Below are positions 62,666-64,000 of a stretch of DNA of 64,000 nt, in pieces. The DNA is from an uncultured Chloroflexia bacterium (GTDB taxonomy: Bacteria > Chloroflexota > Limnocylindria > QHBO01). Both the position numbers and the translations under genes were made by a program. The first letter of the stretch is position 1. Every line of letters begins with the position of its first letter. The notes beneath the pieces were generated by a model. It had not been told where the DNA came from, did no database searches, and was given only the letters and a program-made list of their open reading frames with translations. Location: positions 439,453 to 503,452 of the forward strand of contig CAWEDO010000001.1 in the NCBI GenBank assembly GCA_963807915.1. The letters are read 5' to 3'.

Positions 62666-64000
62666 CCGCCCCGACTCGCAGCGGAGCCGACCGCCGCGTC
62701 GCCGTCCTGTCCGGCGAGCTAGCTGCGCACCTTCCCGCACAGACCGCTGCTCCGCTGCGCGTGCCAGCCGCAGCCCGTGGCGCGCACCTGGCCGCTCGGC
62801 GCAGCGCGTTAGCGGACCTGACCCCGCTGGTGGCGGTCGTTCGCAACGACGAGGAAGCCCACCGCCTCGCTGACGACCTCGCCGCCTTGATGCCCGCCGG
62901 TCTCGTGCGCGTCCTATCCGAACGGGCCGCCTTGCCGCTCGAGCGCGCGCTGCCCGAGCACGATGAGTCTGGTGATCGGCTCGAGGTGCTCGACCTGCTT
63001 GCAGGACGCCATCACGACCTCGTGGTCGTCGCGCCGTTGCTGGCGCTGGTGCAGCGGACCGTCTCGCCTGAGCAGCTGGCCTCGGCACGTGTCTCGCTGC
63101 GGCTCGGTGAACGCGTCGACCAGCGCGCATTGCTGACCGCGCTCGTCTCTGGCGGCTACGATGCAACCGTCGAGGTGAGCGGGGTGGGGGAGTTCGCCAA
63201 CCGCGGCGGGATCATCGACCTCTGGCCGCCGGGACTGCCCGATCCACTCCGCCTCGAGCTCTTCGGCGACGAGGTCGAGTCGATGCGCGCCTTCGACCCG
63301 ATGACCCAGGGCAGTCGGCGGCGCGTGGAGCGTGCCGTCCTGCTCCCGGCGAGCGAGTTCCTGCCGTCAGCTGGCTGGCAGAGCCTGGCAGAGGCGGCGC
63401 CGAGCCTCCCATCCGAGGCGCTTCAGACGGACCTGGCACGACTCGAGCAGGGCGACCTGGGCGAGGCGGCGGAGACCTGGGCGGCCTTCCTCACGGCTGG
63501 CGCGGCAGTCGAGCACGTCGTAAACGCGCACCTGGTTCTGACCGATCCGTCGGAGCTCCGCGCCATCGCCACCGACCTGGACACCCAGGCAACGGAACGC
63601 CTCGCCGGTCTCGTGTCAGCCGGCGAGCTGCCCCAGGATTGGCCGCTCCCGTACAAGGCCGCCGCCGCCCTCGGCCAACTCGAAGCACGCGCAGCCGAGG
63701 TGCTCGATGAAGCCGGCATCGACGCCGGCTACGGCACTGCGCCCTCGCTGCCGGGTCGCGCCGATCGCATCGGTCCGTGGCTGGCAGAGCTGGCGGCAGG
63801 AAAGCGGCTGGTGGTGACCACCGACCAGGCCAGCCGCGTCGGCGAGCTGCTCGAGGAGGCGGGGCGCGCGGTGCTGCCGGTCGCCGAGCTGCAGGAGCTC
63901 CCGCCGGCAGGCGCCATCGGCCTCGTGCATGGCTCGCTCTCGGGCGGGTTCACGCACGGACCATCGAAGCTCCAGGTGCTCACCGACCGCGAGCTGTTCG
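62662..64000 (+). CDS. mfd: Transcription-repair coupling factor Mfd, N-terminal region (3' end cut by the window edge; not in the ORF track because it has no stop)
   Basis: GTG overlapping the pth stop (GTGA). Own translation gives ...GEFANRGGIIDLWPPGLPDPLRLELFGDEVESMRAFDPMTQGSRRRVERAVLLPASEF..., matching the UvrB-homology / D2 region of Mfd. pth-mfd adjacency is conserved. Confidence 0.8.
   Translation, partial: MTAPTRSGADRRVAVLSGELAAHLPAQTAAPLRVPAAARGAHLAARRSALADLTPLVAVVRNDEEAHRLADDLAALMPAGLVRVLSERAALPLERALPEHDESGDRLEVLDLLAGRHHDLVVVAPLLALVQRTVSPEQLASARVSLRLGERVDQRALLTALVSGGYDATVEVSGVGEFANRGGIIDLWPPGLPDPLRLELFGDEVESMRAFDPMTQGSRRRVERAVLLPASEFLPSAGWQSLAEAAPSLPSEALQTDLARLEQGDLGEAAETWAAFLTAGAAVEHVVNAHLVLTDPSELRAIATDLDTQATERLAGLVSAGELPQDWPLPYKAAAALGQLEARAAEVLDEAGIDAGYGTAPSLPGRADRIGPWLAELAAGKRLVVTTDQASRVGELLEEAGRAVLPVAELQELPPAGAIGLVHGSLSGGFTHGPSKLQVLTDRELF

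Overview
This is a 64-kb, roughly 70% GC, gene-dense stretch of bacterial chromosome core (about 70 genes). I found no mobile elements, CRISPR arrays, rRNA or tRNA genes. The six-frame ORF track is dominated by long antisense and out-of-frame ORFs, an artefact of GC-rich DNA having few stop codons. Real genes were therefore chosen by protein-family recognition, start-codon and RBS context, and stop/start coupling between neighbours. Gene order follows the Bacillus-type yqe/yqf housekeeping block despite the high GC: rpsT, then divergently lepA-hemW-hrcA-grpE-dnaK, and later dnaJ-prmA-rsmE; rpsU-yqeY-pgpH-ybeY; pth-mfd. A textbook sigma-A promoter plus CIRCE operator sits in front of hrcA. The window also holds carAB, a glcK-gap-pgk-eno glycolytic operon, and an SOS-boxed dnaE2 (error-prone polymerase) with no imuA/imuB beside it. 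The strongest items from the hunt are:
- a lamin-tail-domain plus four OB-fold-like repeat surface protein with no nuclease domain;
- an orphan TadE-TadE-TadG-like pseudopilin trio;
- a CarB with no C-terminal allosteric domain;
- S20 and MscL carrying unusual C-terminal extensions;
- two ribbon-type small genes (S21, DUF5679) invisible to the ORF track because they are under 60 aa;
- two frameshift-disrupted genes, an amidinotransferase/DDAH-like gene and rsmE, which are either real pseudogenes or assembly indels.
I did not find a complete, clearly novel multi-gene system.
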